Positions 61,457 to 64,000 of a stretch of 64,000 bases of DNA are shown piece by piece. The notes under the pieces were generated by a model, which saw only the letters and a program-made list of their open reading frames with translations, made no database searches and had not been told where the DNA came from. The position numbers were made by a program, and so were the translations under genes. Origin of the DNA: Rickettsia sp. GTDB taxonomy: Bacteria > Pseudomonadota > Alphaproteobacteria > Rickettsiales > Rickettsiaceae. The DNA is taken from assembly GCA_023269695.1 (NCBI GenBank), contig JAHFPS010000001.1:44366-108365 (forward strand), given 5' to 3'. Positions within the stretch are counted from its first letter, which is position 1, and every line of letters starts with the position of its first letter.

Positions 61457-61968
61457 TATATTCAAATGATTTGAAGAATTGTTTTTTGAAAATATCAGGG
61501 ACTTGCATACTCACGTACCACAGCTGTCGAAAGTTAGAAGAGGAAATGGTTCTAGAGGTCATCATGGCAGTTTAAAAGTTGTAAAAAAATAACTGGCGTC
61601 ATTGCGAGGAGGCATGAGCCGCACAGCTGTCGAAAGTTAGAAGGGGAATCGGTTTTAGGCAAGGTACTTTATAAAGTCGTATGTGGTCAACGTCATTGCG
61701 AGGAAGACCGTAGGTCGACGAAGCAATTGTAAGATGTCATTCCCGCGTAGGCGGGAATCTAGCTCCCTGCTTTCGCAGGGATGACAGAAAAATGGATTGC
61801 TTCGTCGGCTCATGCCTTCTCGCAATGACGCCAGTTATTTTTCCGCAACTTTTAAACTGCCATGATGACCTCTAAACCCGCTCTACCTTCTAACTTTCGA
61901 CAGCTGTAACTAAAGTAGCTCCTCGCAATGACATAGAGGCTATCTAGAACATTGACGGGTTAGCTGTA
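61457..61968. repeat. Multi-layer nest (RPE half, C, B, core, C, B, core, A end)
   Basis: C left ends at 61519 and 61622; C right end at 61908; A-like end at about 61968. Confidence 0.85.
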
Positions 61969-61973
61969 TAACT

Positions 61974-62633
61974 CTATTTATTAACAATTGGTATTAACTC
62001 CTCTACTGATTGTTCACGTATTGCCTGCAAGTTATTTTGACAATTATGCCAAAGGTTTTTGATTTCTTGCTCGTAAGCAATCAACTCAAGCATAGTCCAA
62101 TTAAACTGTTCAAAAAGTTTATATGTGCTATTTATTCCTCTACAAATAGCATCTATATTAAACAACTTTGTAGAAAATAATTCTTCTATCCTTGCTTCTT
62201 GTGCTTTTTTATATTCATCGTGATTAGCGATACCAAATTCTGCTACATCATGCATCTGACTGGTCCGTACCTGTATTTCCACATTACGTCTAGGAGTACC
62301 AACGGCAGCTACGATATGCAGAGAGCTATAACCATTATCCTTAGGATTAACAATATAATCTTTATATTTCTCAAGGTTATTATGGTATAAATCATTAATA
62401 ATATCCAATACTGTGTAACAGTCTTCTTGCTTGTCAACTATAATTCTAAAAGCAACTAGGTCAGTTAATTGGTGAAAATCAATATTTTTTCTTATCAGCT
62501 TCTTTAAGATAGAATAAGGATCTTTTAATCTGTAGGATATCTTCTCTACTATAGATCTTTCATGTAACTTAGCACTAATAGTACCTGCTATCTTGTGTAA
62601 ATTATCAATATCTTTATATAACATAAACTTCAT
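61974..62633 (-). CDS. Small RelA/SpoT (p)ppGpp synthetase-domain protein
   Basis: YRLKDPYS, DLVAFRII, KDY..NPKDNGYSSLH, VEIQVRT; no HD domain. Confidence 0.88.
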   Translation of the reverse strand: MKFMLYKDIDNLHKIAGTISAKLHERSIVEKISYRLKDPYSILKKLIRKNIDFHQLTDLVAFRIIVDKQEDCYTVLDIINDLYHNNLEKYKDYIVNPKDNGYSSLHIVAAVGTPRRNVEIQVRTSQMHDVAEFGIANHDEYKKAQEARIEELFSTKLFNIDAICRGINSTYKLFEQFNWTMLELIAYEQEIKNLWHNCQNNLQAIREQSVEELIPIVNK

Positions 62634-62666
62634 ATTGTTACTTTAACTATTTTGGCTATTATTATA

Positions 62667-62825
62667 CAGGGCGATTTAAAAGTCACAACTAATGATATAA
62701 AATACTAGGTTATAGAAACGAATAGCCGTCATCGCGTACCGCTTTGCAGCTCCTCGCAATGACGGTTATTCACCTAAGTAAAATCGATCTTTTTCTACTA
62801 TTAATTATGACTTTTAAACTGCCCT
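62667..62825. mobile_element. Shell-B MITE, internally deleted sibling of 55789
   Basis: CAGGGCGATTTAAAAG...CTTTTAAACTGCCCT; ATTATTATA at 62658-62666 and 62826-62834. Confidence 0.88.
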
Positions 62826-62973
62826 ATTATTATATCTTACGAATATTAATAAAAACTACGGTTCCCTGTCAATAGTTAAATTATTTTTTTATAAATAAGA
62901 GTTTTTGAATGATATAATGTATCGAATAACTGTTATTTTTATTGAAGTACAATCATCGCTTGTTGTGTAATAC

Positions 62974-64000
62974 TCAGCCTATACCACTTCTTACACTTCT
63001 ACGTATTCTCCTATAAACTTTGTTCCACGTCACCCTAATGCCGTCTGTACGTAATGATCTAATTAATTGTATTATTACATTAGGTTTACGATTATTAGAT
63101 GGTGTAGTAGGAGTGTCATTAAATTTTATTAATTTACCTAATGGGAGATCAAATATTTTTGTTGTAGATAATAGTAAAGATTTAATTTGTGTTTCAAATT
63201 GACTTAAATATTGATCATTCATAACAAATGAGACAATATTAATCAATCTTATTGTCATTTTTTTATTATTGAAACAGTTACTAGTTCCATAATCAACTCT
63301 AACCCGTGATAAAGCTAAGTCAATTGCTTCTATAGCATGTTTGCTTGCTATAGATATCCACAAACATACATCTTCGCCAATCTTTATATTTTCAGGGAAT
63401 TTATTTGATACAAAAAAAGAAGCTTTCCCCATCACAGTAGAGATTGCTATAGGACATTTATTAATCATTTTAGGAAACACCTGTCCGCTAAAAGTACCAG
63501 AGTTAATATATTTAATCAGATTTCCATCCCAATCCACCCTATGGTAAGAACTATGTGAAAATAATAAACTATTATCCTCCATAAACTTCAATTGAGTTTC
63601 AAGTTTATTATCATAAAACAAATCATCAGAATCAATGAATGCTATATACTTCCCAGATGCATGTTTAATAGCTAGATTACGTGCTGCCGCTGGTCCTGCA
63701 TTTTCCTTACGAATATATTTAATTCTACTATCTTTATTGCATTCCTCAATCAATGCAGATACATCATCTTCAGACCCATCATCCACTAAAATCAATTCAA
63801 AGTGTTGATGAGTTTGGGCAAGGATAGTTTTCATAGACTCAAGTGCCAAATTAACTCTATTATAAATTGGCATAATTACACTAATCTTAATATTAGATAA
63901 GAGGTCCTTAGCCATTGATTCAGCTAGCTTAGACGCTTGATAATAAGAGCCATTTGTAAGAAAAATACTACTGCGATGCAAGAATAAATAAGGTGACCCT
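62974..64000 (-). CDS. Glycosyltransferase family 2 (probably 5' partial)
   Basis: ISVIMPIYNR, VDDGSED, AARN, FIDSDD; the frame stays open to the window edge. Confidence 0.9.
   Translation of the reverse strand, partial: GSPYLFLHRSSIFLTNGSYYQASKLAESMAKDLLSNIKISVIMPIYNRVNLALESMKTILAQTHQHFELILVDDGSEDDVSALIEECNKDSRIKYIRKENAGPAAARNLAIKHASGKYIAFIDSDDLFYDNKLETQLKFMEDNSLLFSHSSYHRVDWDGNLIKYINSGTFSGQVFPKMINKCPIAISTVMGKASFFVSNKFPENIKIGEDVCLWISIASKHAIEAIDLALSRVRVDYGTSNCFNNKKMTIRLINIVSFVMNDQYLSQFETQIKSLLLSTTKIFDLPLGKLIKFNDTPTTPSNNRKPNVIIQLIRSLRTDGIRVTWNKVYRRIRRSVRSGIG

Noticed and set aside
929-63547. Antisense or alternate-frame ORFs overlapping clear genes (for example 9902-10141, 11429-11632, 19177-19551, 30660-30995, 42361-42780, 54391-54711, 63341-63547)
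   Set aside because: Shadow ORFs of well-supported housekeeping genes with no recognisable motifs.
1-64000. Autonomous transposase, integrase, tRNA or rRNA genes
   Set aside because: No ORF with DDE, HUH or tyrosine-recombinase motifs and no cloverleaf or rRNA signature was recognised; the mobilising enzymes must be elsewhere or lost.

Overview
AT-rich Rickettsiaceae (alphaproteobacterial endosymbiont) chromosomal window. It is mostly housekeeping genes: pgeF, glnA-like, aprDE T1SS, nuoABC, glyA, half-glmU, coxB, mipZ-pepA, murD-ftsW-murG, rimP-nusA-infB-rbfA, thyX, ruvAB, lipB, dnaN-dapD, recR, def-fmt, purC, dut, recF and ctrA. Accessory genes include a MazEF-type TA pair, a B3/4 protein, a Vat-like acetyltransferase, a GNAT, a TPR protein, a small RelA/SpoT synthetase and a minimal HK/RR pair. 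I recognised no rRNA, tRNA, CRISPR or transposase. The dominant unexplained structure is about 38 loci (roughly 7 kb, about 11% by manual tally) of small palindromic elements. A shared core palindrome (CGTCATTGCGAG...CTCGCAATGACG, often with an inner TGTCATTCCCGC...GGGAATGACA hairpin pair) is packaged in several different terminal-inverted-repeat shells, each with its own target-site duplication: A (TATAGCTAACC, TA), B (CAGGGCAGTTTAAAAG, 9 bp, ISAs1-like ends), C (CACAGCTGTCGAAAG, 10 bp) and G (A[C/T]TCACCTTACGCAT, 5-9 bp). Alongside these are E/F elements (TA) and two RPE-like families (144 bp with a 3-bp duplication; about 128-131 bp with TA). These elements nest into each other and sit in frame inside glnA, murD and rimP. 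They supply stop codons or C-termini to several genes, and one appears to have broken the ftsW 5' end and donated a new start codon. Family assignments come from recall of motifs only; no database searches were run.
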